Origin: Spirochaetota bacterium
Lineage (GTDB): Bacteria; Spirochaetota; UBA4802; UBA5550
Direction of reading: 5' to 3'
DNA length: 64,000 bases
Assembly (NCBI GenBank): GCA_963663865.1
Contig: OY760686.1
Coordinates: forward strand, 1,056,001-1,120,000
Both the position numbers and the translations under genes were made by a program. The notes beneath the pieces are model-generated. The model did no database searches and was not told the origin of the DNA. It saw only the letters and a program-made list of their open reading frames with translations. Positions 9,763 to 19,527 of the stretch are shown piece by piece. How positions within the stretch are numbered: position 1 is the stretch's first letter; every line of letters begins with the position of its first letter.

Positions 9763-10359
9763 TTATCTTCGGGAGAGGCGCCTGTAAATGTACTTGAATG
9801 AAGCTAACTGCCAGATTATTGCCGCGAGTATGGCCGCCTGGCTGGAAATGGCCGACTTCTCTGTTGTAAAAATCGGATTGCCTCTCTGTTCAGCTTTTCC
9901 GGGGCTGTTTCTCTCAGTCAGCCTGAACGAAAGGCCCACCCTTAGCTCATGCTTCTTCCCGTCGACTACCATTTCAGGAGGCAGCTTTGTGACGCTGATT
10001 TCAATGCTGCTGATAAAAAGCAGAAGCAGCAGCAGCGCGAGTGTGGCTAACATAGAATACCTTGCGGCAAGTCCTGTAATCATGGCTTCCCTTTCATCCC
10101 GCTCCCGCATTCGGGCAAGCCCCGGAAGAATCCTGTTTCTCGCCGAGGCAGAGAGAAGCAGAAGAAACAGAAAGTAAATGAAGACTATTATCCAGAACAT
10201 AAAGTGAAAGGCGAGTATCTCCCATATAACGTCGAAGACCGGACCGGCAGGAATCAGGCCTTTAAAGTGAAAGCTGATAAATCCGAATATCAATAGAATC
10301 AGCACGGCAGGTGACGAGTATTTTAGATAAACCGGTACAAGAGCGTTAAACCTGTTCAT
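9763..10359 (-). CDS. Membrane protein (DUF2178-like) coupled to the upstream HTH regulator
   Basis: About 4 TM segments, ERDERE motif, GGAGG RBS, overlaps the HTH gene end. Confidence 0.6.
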   Translation of the reverse strand: MNRFNALVPVYLKYSSPAVLILLIFGFISFHFKGLIPAGPVFDVIWEILAFHFMFWIIVFIYFLFLLLLSASARNRILPGLARMRERDEREAMITGLAARYSMLATLALLLLLLFISSIEISVTKLPPEMVVDGKKHELRVGLSFRLTERNSPGKAEQRGNPIFTTEKSAISSQAAILAAIIWQLASFKYIYRRLSRR

Positions 10360-10585
10360 TTGATGCCTCCTCATAGGAAAAAACAGAACTGATGTCTGTG
10401 TTAAAATAACCCGCTATTTTGAAAGCGAGTTCAAGCGAAGGGTTGTAGTTTCCCCTCTCGATTGCCACAATCGTTCCCCGGGTGACGCCGACAGCATCGG
10501 CAAGCTGCTGCTGGGTAATTCGCCTTTCCGCCCGGAGGACATGCACTCTTGAGCAAATTCTCAGAGCCTTGACCTGATCTGACAC
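10346..10585 (-). CDS. XRE/Cro-C1 family HTH transcriptional regulator
   Basis: [35 protein letters not shown]; GTG start at 10585 behind AAGGAGG. Confidence 0.88.
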   Translation of the reverse strand: MSDQVKALRICSRVHVLRAERRITQQQLADAVGVTRGTIVAIERGNYNPSLELAFKIAGYFNTDISSVFSYEEASNEQV

Positions 10586-10770
10586 CTGCAGCCTCCTTAA
10601 AAGATGATATCCGGTTGAAAAGTATAATAAACTATACACAATGTCAAGCAAAGAAGTCATAATAGATGATGAAATGTACAAAAATATTAAAATCTATCCC
10701 AAATGCAAGGTAAAAGCGCGGGTTGCCCTGAATGGAGAGGCCGCCCGCGCTGCGGCATGAGAGGGTGTTT

Positions 10771-11805
10771 TTAAAAAATGGACAGCCCGTTGAGCATAGT
10801 GATTGTCATAAATGTCAGCGCGGAAATGAAAAGTGACCCGGCAAGGCCGAGAAGCAGCGCCTTTCTGCCTGTCGCGGCGAACCTCTTCAAAGAGATGCCA
10901 AGTCCCAGGGCGGCCATCGCCGCGGTCATCAGAACACCGCTCGCATCAACAAGCAGCTTTTTTATCTGCGGGGGGATGATATCGGCCGAGTTGAGGGCGA
11001 CAGCCGCGAAGAACATAAGCGCGAACCAGGGCATGGCGGCCTTTTTTCCACCGGTTCGGGCGCCGTCCCTTCTGCCGAGAGCGATGAGAATCAGGTTAAG
11101 CGGAATTATCATGAGCACCCGTATCATTTTGACAGTCGAGGCGAGCGCTTCTATCGTCGGGTCCGGAATGGCGCTGCCGGCTGCCGCAACCTGAGCGACC
11201 TCATGGATCGATGAACCCGCCCAGAGCGCGAAGTCCCTTGCAGGAATATGCGCAAGGTTGAAGACGGCCGGGTACAGAAACATGGCGGCTGTTCCGAAGA
11301 GCGTCACTGCCCCTATCGCGAAGGCCGCGTCTTCCTTTTCTCCTTCAATAACCGAGTCTACCGCGGCAACGGCAGATGCTCCGCAGATGGATATGCCCGA
11401 GGCAAGAAGTATGGATTTTTTCAGTGGCACATTTATCTTTCTGCCGAGCCATACAGTGAACAGAATGGTCGCGCCTGAGCCCAGTACAATGACCATGAGC
11501 GCGGCCGGGCCGGCATGTGCTATATCTGAAAGGCTGAGCCTGAAGCCGAGCAGCACTATCGCCGCCCGTAGGAGCCTTTTTGCGGAAAATGCGACACCGG
11601 GGGCGGCGGCATCCGGTATTCTGGCCGCGGCCGCCAGGACGGCCCCGGCAATTATTGCCGTAAAGAGCGGCCCGATGTGCAAAGTCCTGCTAAAAAGCTC
11701 TGTAGCTGAAACCGCCAGAGCAAGCGCGGTAATAAGAGCTGTGAACCCCAGGCCCGGAGCAAGGGAGCGGAGCGCTGTCAGAGCAATATGTGCATTTTTA
11801 TTCAT
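10771..11805 (-). CDS. YeiH family (putative sulfate exporter) membrane protein
   Basis: LLRAAIVLLGFRL, GISICGASAVAA, GSSIHEVAQV, VKMIRV motifs; divergent from a LysR gene. Confidence 0.88.
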   Translation of the reverse strand: MNKNAHIALTALRSLAPGLGFTALITALALAVSATELFSRTLHIGPLFTAIIAGAVLAAAARIPDAAAPGVAFSAKRLLRAAIVLLGFRLSLSDIAHAGPAALMVIVLGSGATILFTVWLGRKINVPLKKSILLASGISICGASAVAAVDSVIEGEKEDAAFAIGAVTLFGTAAMFLYPAVFNLAHIPARDFALWAGSSIHEVAQVAAAGSAIPDPTIEALASTVKMIRVLMIIPLNLILIALGRRDGARTGGKKAAMPWFALMFFAAVALNSADIIPPQIKKLLVDASGVLMTAAMAALGLGISLKRFAATGRKALLLGLAGSLFISALTFMTITMLNGLSIF

Positions 11806-11923
11806 TTTTTTCTCCAATTGATCAGGAATTTGCGGATATTTTTTTGCGGAAACGCATAAGGTCAGCTATATTATATATAGTAGATATATAATAAATAGAT
11901 TAAAATAATAGGTAAAAGCCTAT

Positions 11924-13435
11924 ATGACCTTCAGACATCTTGAGATATTTCTGAAAACGGCGGAGACGCTCAGCATGTCGCGGGCCGCTAAAGAGCTCTT
12001 TATATCACAGCCCACCGTGAGTCAGGCGGTATCAGAGCTCGAAAGGGATGCAGGCGTTCCGCTATTCGAAAGGCTTGGCAGAAAGCTCTACCTCACCGCG
12101 GCGGGAAGTCAGTTTGTTGAGTACGCCGCTCACATCGTCGCGCTCGCGGCTGAGGCTGAAAGAAGGCTCTCCGGCTCCGGCATACGCAATGCGATACGCA
12201 TCGGCGGAAGCATGACTGTAGGCACAACGATTCTGCCCGGGCTGGCAGCGGGCCTTGTGAAGAGGCTGCCTGGCTGTCAGATATACACCGTTGTAGACAA
12301 CACGGCGAGGCTTAGCGAAATGATACTCAGAAACGATATAGATATCGCATTGGCCGAGGGTGAGATGAAGTCAGGAGGGGTTGTGTCAGAGCCTGTGATG
12401 AGCGACGAGCTTTTACTTGTCTGCGGTAAGGCCCACCGTTTCAGTTCGATGACGTCTGTGGAAAGTACAATGCTTAACGGCGAGCGCTTTATTGTCAGGG
12501 AGAAGGGCAGCGGGACGAGGGAGCTCTTTGAGGACATGATGAAGCTTCATGCAATCGAATGGCATGAAGCGGGTGTAATGAACAATATCCAATCGATAAA
12601 GCTGGCTGTCGCGGAGGGTCTAGGACTGTCGGTTCTGCCCGCCATCAGCATAATGAATGATTCGGACAGAGGCAGGCTCTTTGCCGTGAGAATTGAAGGC
12701 ATAAGTTTCAGGAGGTCGTTCAGCCTGTTCCATCACAGAAACAAGTTGTTGACCGATATAATGCGGGAATTTATCGGTCTCTGCAGAGATTGCGCGAATG
12801 AGAGGAAGAACTGTATGGATATTAACCGTTTTGACATAGCGGCAGCCGGATGGGACTCAAAGCCGGGAAGAATGGAGCTTGCGTCTGCTGTCGCCGGAGG
12901 AATGGAGTCAATGCTTGGCGGCAGGCGGGGAGGCAGGGCGCTTGAGTACGGCTGCGGTACGGGGCTGATAAGCTTTTTGCTGAGAGAGAGCTTTGATTCG
13001 CTTGTGCTGGCAGATTCATCCGCGGGCATGATTGAAGAGGCCCGAAAAAAGATTGCGGCAGCTGGAGTCTCCAACATGACGGCCCTGGTGCTCGACCTCA
13101 CCGGTGATGCCGCTCCCGCGGAAACCTATGATGTAATCTACTCATCGATGGCTTTTCATCACATCAGCGACGTTCCGGCGGTTCTCGAAAAGCTGTCCGG
13201 GGCAATAGTGCCGGGCGGGATGCTTCTGATCGCCGACCTTGACGAAGAGGACGGCAGCTTTCATGAGGACGGGGCCGTCTTTCACAACGGCTTTAACCGG
13301 GACGAGCTCGCGTTAATGGCAGAGCGCGCGGGCTATTCGCGGGCTGATGAAAGAACGGTCCACACGATGGAAAGGACCAGGCAGGGCCAGCAGAGGTCCT
13401 ACGATGTCTTTGTCATGAAGTTCGTCAAGGGCTGA
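11924..13435 (+). CDS. LysR regulator (YeiE/CysL-like) fused in frame to a class I SAM-dependent methyltransferase
   Basis: N-terminal HTH SMSRAAKELFISQPTVS, REKGSGTR; from M298 a methyltransferase with LEYGCGTG and SMAFHH. Confidence 0.8.
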   Translation: MTFRHLEIFLKTAETLSMSRAAKELFISQPTVSQAVSELERDAGVPLFERLGRKLYLTAAGSQFVEYAAHIVALAAEAERRLSGSGIRNAIRIGGSMTVGTTILPGLAAGLVKRLPGCQIYTVVDNTARLSEMILRNDIDIALAEGEMKSGGVVSEPVMSDELLLVCGKAHRFSSMTSVESTMLNGERFIVREKGSGTRELFEDMMKLHAIEWHEAGVMNNIQSIKLAVAEGLGLSVLPAISIMNDSDRGRLFAVRIEGISFRRSFSLFHHRNKLLTDIMREFIGLCRDCANERKNCMDINRFDIAAAGWDSKPGRMELASAVAGGMESMLGGRRGGRALEYGCGTGLISFLLRESFDSLVLADSSAGMIEEARKKIAAAGVSNMTALVLDLTGDAAPAETYDVIYSSMAFHHISDVPAVLEKLSGAIVPGGMLLIADLDEEDGSFHEDGAVFHNGFNRDELALMAERAGYSRADERTVHTMERTRQGQQRSYDVFVMKFVKG

Positions 13436-13482
13436 GTTTTTTCTGCGCGCGCTGTTTTTCCGCGCGTCAGCGACTGAGCCGG

Positions 13483-13506
13483 AAACCCGCCATGAGGCGG
13501 GTTTTT
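13483..13506 (+). terminator. Rho-independent terminator
   Basis: AAACCCGCC-atga-GGCGGGTTT followed by T run. Confidence 0.7.
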
Positions 13507-13581
13507 AAGGCGAAGGCGCGGCCCCCGCTTCAGCGGGGGAGACGCCCGAAAAACCATTTCAAAACTGCGTGATAATTCTTG

Positions 13582-13610
13582 TTGCATTAGTCCGCGGCCG
13601 CTGTTATAAT
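13582..13610 (+). promoter_or_regulatory. Sigma70 promoter
   Basis: TTGCAT-17 bp-TATAAT with extended TGn, 32 bp upstream of the ATG at 13643. Confidence 0.65.
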
Positions 13611-13642
13611 CGGCGGTGAAAATATGGAGTTGAGAGGTGGGC

Positions 13643-13900
13643 ATGAAAGAGATTTGCGTGCTTGGAGTTTATGTTGAAAACCGTATCGCCGAGGCCTCAG
13701 AGGTGCAGGCGCTTCTGACCGAGTTCGGATGCAGCATCAAGACGAGGCTGGGGCTTCACGAGGTAGATGATAATCAGTGCAGCACTAACGGCCTGATTAT
13801 TCTTGAGCTGTGCGGCAGCAGGGATGACATGGATTCGCTTGAATCGCGTCTTAAGGCCCTGAAAGGCGTCAGCGTCCAGAAGATGGTCTTCAGCGTTTAA
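13643..13900 (+). CDS. Small ACT-like protein, TM1266 / iron-only hydrogenase system regulator-like
   Basis: LGVYVENR..VQALLTEFGCSIKTRLGLHE..GLIILEL motif; GAGG RBS. Confidence 0.75.
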   Translation: MKEICVLGVYVENRIAEASEVQALLTEFGCSIKTRLGLHEVDDNQCSTNGLIILELCGSRDDMDSLESRLKALKGVSVQKMVFSV

Positions 13901-13945
13901 TGAGGCGCGGCTCGGCATTCAGGCTGCGCCGTTGTTTTTGCTGTA

Positions 13946-14053
13946 CTATTTTGCTTCCCGTTGTTCTTCGCCTTCTTTCGATTCGGGCGCCTCTGCGCTG
14001 TCGTGATGCCTCTTCTGTGATTTTGATTCAGGCCTTATGCTGCCCTGCGCCAT
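13946..14053 (-). CDS. Candidate 35-aa hydrophilic peptide (below the ORF-track cutoff)
   Basis: ATG..TAG frame MAQGSIRPESKSQKRHHDSAEAPESKEGEEQREAK; GCCGATAA (sigma28 -10) at 14097-14090 upstream. Confidence 0.35.
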   Translation of the reverse strand: MAQGSIRPESKSQKRHHDSAEAPESKEGEEQREAK

Positions 14054-14150
14054 TAAAAAACCGCCAGTACTCATAAAATCTTTAAAGCTTTATCGGCTTT
14101 TTCCCTTGCAAAATAGGCCCTGTATTTTTTGATGGCCGCAGAGGCGGGGA

Positions 14151-14495
14151 ATGAATATCCAGATAATAGGCACAAAGAAATGCAAAGACACCCAGAAGGC
14201 GCTGCGCTTTTTCAGCGAGAGGCGGGTTCTGGTGAGCTTTCGCGATCTGGCTGTTAAGGGGCTCAGCGCGGGCGAGATCCGCAATATCGCGGTTTGTGTT
14301 CCTGTAGATGAGCTTATAAACAAAAATTCGCCCCTGTACGAGAAGAAGAACCTGAAGTACATCAGTCACAATGTTGAAGATGTGCTTCTTGAGGAGCCGC
14401 TTCTTTTAAAGACGCCGATTGTGCGCGCCGGAAAGAAGTCGGTTTCAGGATTGGCCCCCGATGCATGGGCAGATTTGATATCCGGGAACAGCTGA
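14151..14495 (+). CDS. ArsC/Spx/YffB family protein
   Basis: GTKKCKDTQKALRFF, EEPLLLKTPIV motifs. Confidence 0.8.
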   Translation: MNIQIIGTKKCKDTQKALRFFSERRVLVSFRDLAVKGLSAGEIRNIAVCVPVDELINKNSPLYEKKNLKYISHNVEDVLLEEPLLLKTPIVRAGKKSVSGLAPDAWADLISGNS

Positions 14496-14591
14496 AAGCC
14501 CGGTAAGAATATACTATTTCAGCAGTGTAGCCGGCGGGACCGTGATTTGCTAACCCCGCTTTTTATTCTGCTGATGATTATGGAGTTACAG

Positions 14592-15179
14592 ATGATACAG
14601 ATACCTGAAGGCGTGAAGGGATTTATTTTTGATCTTGACGGAACGCTTATTGACTCAATGCCGGCGCACTACGACGCCTGGGCTGTCATTGGGAAAAAAT
14701 ACGGATTTGAATTTCCGCTCGACCTCTTCTACTCGGTGGCAGGTATGCCGACCGTAAAGATTGTCGATGTTCTGAATGAGAAGTACGGCCTGTCCATGGA
14801 CGCAGCCGTTGTTCTCAGCGAGAAAGAGGATTCATTCCTGGAGATGATGGACACGATCAAGCCGATTGAAGAGGTTGTCGAGGTCGTTAAACGCTATCAT
14901 GGCGAGATGGCGATGTCAGTGGGAACAGGCGGCAAGAGGAGTGTTGCTGTTAAGGCCCTTGAGGCAACGGGACTTGACCGCTACTTCAATATTCTGACCG
15001 CGGCCGACGATGTTGAAAATCACAAACCCGAACCGGACACATTTCTCAGATGCGCCCGCCTGATGGGCGTTTTCCCGGAGGACTGCCTTGTGTTCGAGGA
15101 CGCAGAGCTTGGTATAAAGGCTGCCGAGGCGGCAGGCATGAGATACATTGACGTAAGGAAATATCTCAAGGCCGCTTAA
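14592..15179 (+). CDS. HAD-family sugar phosphatase (YqaB / beta-PGM-like)
   Basis: FDLDGTLIDSMPAH, KPEPDTFL, VFEDAELG; start chosen behind GGAG. Confidence 0.88.
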   Translation: MIQIPEGVKGFIFDLDGTLIDSMPAHYDAWAVIGKKYGFEFPLDLFYSVAGMPTVKIVDVLNEKYGLSMDAAVVLSEKEDSFLEMMDTIKPIEEVVEVVKRYHGEMAMSVGTGGKRSVAVKALEATGLDRYFNILTAADDVENHKPEPDTFLRCARLMGVFPEDCLVFEDAELGIKAAEAAGMRYIDVRKYLKAA

Positions 15180-16498
15180 CCCGTAAAGCTTACACTGTCA
15201 AAAAGCGCCGACGGGGCTTCAAAGCTGCCGCGGCGCTCAGTCTCGCTGCTTAGAGCCATGCTGCCTCCGAGAAGAGTGAAGATGTTGTCTCTTATCATGC
15301 AGTCCTTCAGCCTGCCGGCCATTTCGCCGTTTTCTATCAGAAATGCGAGGTCCAGGTTTCCCGTGAACTCGCCTGTCAGGGTGTTTGACTGCCCCAGTCC
15401 GATGAAGCGTTCGACGTAGATGCCCCGCTTGACCGATTTTATCAGCGCTGTTTTTTCCACAGAACCCGGAAGCACCGAGATGTTGCTGAGTGACGGGGAG
15501 GGCAGAGACGCATAGCCCCTGGACGCGTTTCCGCCGGGCCTTACGCCCGTCTTTTCCGCGTACTTGAGGTCGGTGATGTAGGTAAGCGGCTTTCTGTCCC
15601 TTATCAGATACTTGTCTTCGGCCTTAACGCCCTCGTCATCGAAGGGGAAGCTGTAAGGGCTTCCTGCGAGAGAGGGGAGCTCCCTGACGGTGAAACCGGG
15701 GCTGAATATTTCCTTCCCTATTTTATCTTCAAAATACGATATTCCTCTGAAAAGCCTGGCGGCGGAAAGTCCGGAAATGACTATGCCGCAGAGAGAGGCA
15801 AAGGCCCCCGGCGAAAATATAACGGGATATCTTCCCGAGTTGAGCCGGGCGGTTTTTTCGGCAAGCCTGATTTGCCCGATCAGGGTATCAGCCAGATGTT
15901 TAAACGGCGCGGACGCGAGGCCGGCGATGTACTCTGCCGTGTCAATCTTTGTGCCGTCTTCGAAGATCTTTGAGGCGGATATTGACGCGGAATAGGAACT
16001 GTGTCTGTATGAGCCCCTGAAGCCGCTCGAGTTCACAAGGCCTGTCACCCCTGACGATATTCCGGAACCTGCGTTTACTGAGGCGCCCGGGACAGCGGTG
16101 AGAATGCGGTCAATGGCTTCCTCAAAGTCCTTCTTTTCGTGGTCAATACTGAAAGACTCTGACTCAGGCGAAAAGGGTTCGAAGCTGACATCAGGTCCCG
16201 GCCCCGGAAGCTGAAGCCTTTCCTCGTCGCCCCAGGGAGCGATTGAGGCGGCCCTTTCAGCAGTCCGGGTGTCCTCATCAGGGCTGTTGGTGTAGGAAAA
16301 GCCGGTCCTTCCCCCTCTGTTAATCCGCAGCCCGTAACCGGTGTTGTCTCTGCCTGTCACAGAATGCAGCCTGTTATTCCTGTATGACAGCGATACTGAT
16401 GATGATGTAGATGCGAAGATATCATACCAGTCAATTCCGGCAGGCACCGTTTCGCGAATCATGTCAATATTGGCCAGCAGGGCCTTTTCGTCTTTCAC
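15176..16498 (-). CDS. pmbA: TldE/PmbA family protein
   Basis: FDDEGV, GGNASRG, TGEFTG motifs, no HExxxH; overlaps tldD. Confidence 0.85.
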   Translation of the reverse strand: MKDEKALLANIDMIRETVPAGIDWYDIFASTSSSVSLSYRNNRLHSVTGRDNTGYGLRINRGGRTGFSYTNSPDEDTRTAERAASIAPWGDEERLQLPGPGPDVSFEPFSPESESFSIDHEKKDFEEAIDRILTAVPGASVNAGSGISSGVTGLVNSSGFRGSYRHSSYSASISASKIFEDGTKIDTAEYIAGLASAPFKHLADTLIGQIRLAEKTARLNSGRYPVIFSPGAFASLCGIVISGLSAARLFRGISYFEDKIGKEIFSPGFTVRELPSLAGSPYSFPFDDEGVKAEDKYLIRDRKPLTYITDLKYAEKTGVRPGGNASRGYASLPSPSLSNISVLPGSVEKTALIKSVKRGIYVERFIGLGQSNTLTGEFTGNLDLAFLIENGEMAGRLKDCMIRDNIFTLLGGSMALSSETERRGSFEAPSALFDSVSFTG

Positions 16499-17880
16499 CG
16501 GGTACCTCCGACAAGCACATCATCCATTAAAATATGCGGGCCGCCAAACGAGACCGGCAGGGGGGACTGTCCGCCCTTGCCGCAGCCTCCGAGTCCGCCG
16601 AACATCTTCAGGTCATTCGCGGCCATTCTGATGCTCTTCAGTGTGGAAAAGACATTTCCTGAAAGCTGTATGTCTCGGTACATCTTTCCCTTCCTGCCGT
16701 TTTTTACCTCAAAGCCGTATCCGGATGTGAAGGTGAACATTTCGAGGTTGGTCTGGCCGCCTATGCAGTCAGCCGCGTAGATTCCGTTGCCTGCGGACTC
16801 CATCAGCTCATCCAGCCTGTGCGGCCCGTTGTCAATGAAAGTGTTGGTCATTCGCACAAGGGGCTGATGCAGAGCGCTGACGGCCCTGGCATTTCCGGTT
16901 GGAAGCTCTCCCATCTTTATGGCCGTTTCCCGTGAGTGCAGGCGCCCCGCGAGCATGCCTTTTGTTATAAGCCCTGTCTTTGAGGCGGGAATGCCCTCGT
17001 CGTCGAAGGGTATCCATCCGGCAAGGTCTTCAATCGTGCCGTCATCGTAGACGTTAAGAAATGAAGGGCCGAACTCCCTGCCGATAGACATGATTTTTCT
17101 GAGGTCTGGCCTTTCATGGATGAAGTCCGCCTCAGAGAGGTGTCCGAATGCCTCGTGAATGAACACGCCGGCGAGCCTCTGGTCGGCTATGACGCAGTAA
17201 CGTCCTCCGGGAACCGGTTCCGCCTTCAGCAGGTCGACCGCTGTCGAAGCAACGCGCTCTGCCTCGCCCTCGAGCCCGGTAACCGTTTCAAAACCGCCCC
17301 ATCCTGAAACAGATGAGTGGAATGGCTGAATAAGGCTGCCGTCCGCGGCTGTTGACGAGAGCGAAATGCCGCAGTAGGGGCGGCTTTTCTGAAGAAGGGT
17401 ACCCTCGCTGTTCAGGTAGGCCGAGTTTACAGCCCTGTCGCGGTACACAGCGCGTGTAGTCCGGATTTTATCTGATGAGTTGAGTATGCGGCTGTAGCGG
17501 GTGACAAGGCCGAGCTTTTCTTCGATGGATATATCCGCCGGATTTATTCCTCTCCTGATCTCTGAGTACGCCGGCGCCGGAATTCCAAGCGAGACGGCTG
17601 TTTTAAGTGAAGACGCGGAGGCCGCCGCAAAGCTCAGGGCCTGCTTAAGCGCGCCTTCAATGCTTCCACTGCCGGTAAATGTCGCAAAGCCCCATGCCCC
17701 GTTTTTGAGCACACGGGCTGAACCGGCCAGCGACAGGCCCGATGTTATTGACTCAACGGAACCGTCTGCCAGCGATATTGATGTAGTCTCACCGGAGGAA
17801 AGCCTGATTTCCGCAAAATCGCATATGATGTTCTGCAGAACGGAGCGGGCATCCTGTATCATTAGTTCAAAGTGCTTCAT
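16495..17880 (-). CDS. tldD: TldD metalloprotease
   Basis: HEAFGHLSEAD zinc motif, VRMTNT, CGKGGQ..PVSFGGPH. Confidence 0.93.
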   Translation of the reverse strand: MKHFELMIQDARSVLQNIICDFAEIRLSSGETTSISLADGSVESITSGLSLAGSARVLKNGAWGFATFTGSGSIEGALKQALSFAAASASSLKTAVSLGIPAPAYSEIRRGINPADISIEEKLGLVTRYSRILNSSDKIRTTRAVYRDRAVNSAYLNSEGTLLQKSRPYCGISLSSTAADGSLIQPFHSSVSGWGGFETVTGLEGEAERVASTAVDLLKAEPVPGGRYCVIADQRLAGVFIHEAFGHLSEADFIHERPDLRKIMSIGREFGPSFLNVYDDGTIEDLAGWIPFDDEGIPASKTGLITKGMLAGRLHSRETAIKMGELPTGNARAVSALHQPLVRMTNTFIDNGPHRLDELMESAGNGIYAADCIGGQTNLEMFTFTSGYGFEVKNGRKGKMYRDIQLSGNVFSTLKSIRMAANDLKMFGGLGGCGKGGQSPLPVSFGGPHILMDDVLVGGTR

Positions 17881-18063
17881 GGTACCGCCTGTGTATAAAC
17901 GCGGAATCCTGTCCCGCTGTGATTTCCTGTTATTTCAGATACGCCGTTGTATTAGGCTGTTTATGCGGTTTTTTTGTCAATTAAAAGGCATCCCGGCTGC
18001 TGCCCCTGTCAATATGTTGACATTCATCGCGGGGGATATAAACAGACAGTGACCGGAGGCCTC

Positions 18064-18600
18064 ATGAAGCGTTATTTTGAACTGTTCTATATTTTTGCCC
18101 GTATCGGGCTTTTCACGCTTGGCGGCGGTTATGTTATGATTCCGCTTATTCAGAAGGAGATAGTCGAAAACAGAAAGTGGGTTTCTGACGGAGAGTTTGT
18201 TGATATGCTGGGTATCGCCCAGTCAATTCCGGGTGTAATGGCCGTAAATCTGGCAATTTCGGCCGGCTATCGCATCAAAGGCGTGCGGGGCAGCGTTGCA
18301 GCCGCCATGGGCGCTGTGCTGCCTTCATTTAGCGTAATACTGGTGATAGCAGTCTTCTTATCAAGAGGTTTCAGCAATCCCATTGTGGAGAGCATCTTCA
18401 GCGGGATAAGGCCTGCCGTTGCAGCTTTGATAGCCGTGCCGGTCATCAACACGGCAAAGGCCGCCGGGCTTAACCGCTGGACTGTGTGGGTACCTGTGGC
18501 GGGAGCGCTCCTGATCTGGCCGATCGGGGTTTCCCCTGTATATGTGATTCTTGCCTGCGCGGCGGGCGGGTTTCTGTTTAACATGTGGAGGAAGGGATAG
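18064..18600 (+). CDS. chrA: Short-chain chromate transporter (CHR) subunit 1
   Basis: IGLFTLGGGY, AQSIPGVMAVN, GIRPAV; GGAGG RBS. Confidence 0.88.
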   Translation: MKRYFELFYIFARIGLFTLGGGYVMIPLIQKEIVENRKWVSDGEFVDMLGIAQSIPGVMAVNLAISAGYRIKGVRGSVAAAMGAVLPSFSVILVIAVFLSRGFSNPIVESIFSGIRPAVAALIAVPVINTAKAAGLNRWTVWVPVAGALLIWPIGVSPVYVILACAAGGFLFNMWRKG

Positions 18601-18602
18601 TC

Positions 18603-19142
18603 ATGCTGTATCTGGAGCTGTTCGCGGTCTTCTTTAAGATCGGCCTCTTCGGATTCGGAGGCGGTTACGCTATACTCTCGCTAATTCAGCAGGAGGTTGT
18701 CTTTAAACGGGGGTGGATATCGGCGTCCATGTTTACGGACCTTGTTGCTGTTTCACAGATGACTCCGGGTCCGGTAGGTATCAACTCGGCGACGTATATC
18801 GGATACAGCGTTACCGGGAACCCATGGGGCTCGGCGCTGGCTACCTTCGCCCTTGTGCTGCCCTCCTTTGTTTTGATGCTGGCAGTGACTATCTTTGTCT
18901 CGAAGTACATGAAGGGCAGGGCCGTATCTTCCATAATGCTGGGTATAAGGGTAATTGTTCCCGGGCTGATAGGAGCAGCCTTCCTGATGCTTCTGAACAG
19001 TCACAACTTCAGGGACATGAAGAGTGTGCCCCTGTTTGCTGCCGCGTTTTTGCTTTCCTACAGATTTAAGGTGCATCCCGCTATCATAATTATCCTTTCT
19101 GGAACGGCCGGGTTCTTTCTTTACGGATTCCCCATCCTGTAA
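18603..19142 (+). CDS. chrA: Short-chain chromate transporter (CHR) subunit 2
   Basis: IGLFGFGGGY, SQMTPGPVGINSAT. Confidence 0.88.
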   Translation: MLYLELFAVFFKIGLFGFGGGYAILSLIQQEVVFKRGWISASMFTDLVAVSQMTPGPVGINSATYIGYSVTGNPWGSALATFALVLPSFVLMLAVTIFVSKYMKGRAVSSIMLGIRVIVPGLIGAAFLMLLNSHNFRDMKSVPLFAAAFLLSYRFKVHPAIIIILSGTAGFFLYGFPIL

Positions 19143-19527
19143 AGCTGCCGCCTTTTTTTGCTGCGGCGCTGTGCCGGCATGGCCGGGGACTGTATTCACT
19201 GTTTATAAACAGCGAATTCCCCTGGTTGCTCAATAACGTGAAATGGCCGATGCTGTAAGGAAAAATGTAAATTCTAAAAAACTTGACAATATAGTAAAAA
19301 TGTAAGATAAAAATTGATAGTATCAGAAATTGTAAAAAAAACTCATATAATCAAAAAACACTTGAAGTTTTTAAATATTGATGTCAGTAATTAACAAGCA
19401 TGATGATTCCTGTTTTTTGATTATCAGGAATTGGAGATGTGTCTTTTTGTCGGGGGCTCGCGGCTGTGGTGAGCAGACATTGTGTGCGGGCTTTTGGTGA
19501 TTTATCAGCGCGAATAATGTGAGAGAA

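Noticed and set aside
11258-11821. Long antisense ORFs (e.g. 11258-11821, 17501-18052, 55936-56451 and other shadow frames in the track)
   Set aside because: They lie opposite or inside well-supported genes and have no motifs or RBS; typical shadow ORFs
11908-11923. ATAGGTAAAAGCCTAT palindrome as the LysR box
   Set aside because: Plausible, but the spacing is one base longer than the T-N11-A rule, so it was not called as a feature
15176-17880. tldD-pmbA as part of a RiPP (microcin-like) cluster
   Set aside because: No YcaO, cyclodehydratase, precursor or exporter nearby; appears to be the housekeeping pair
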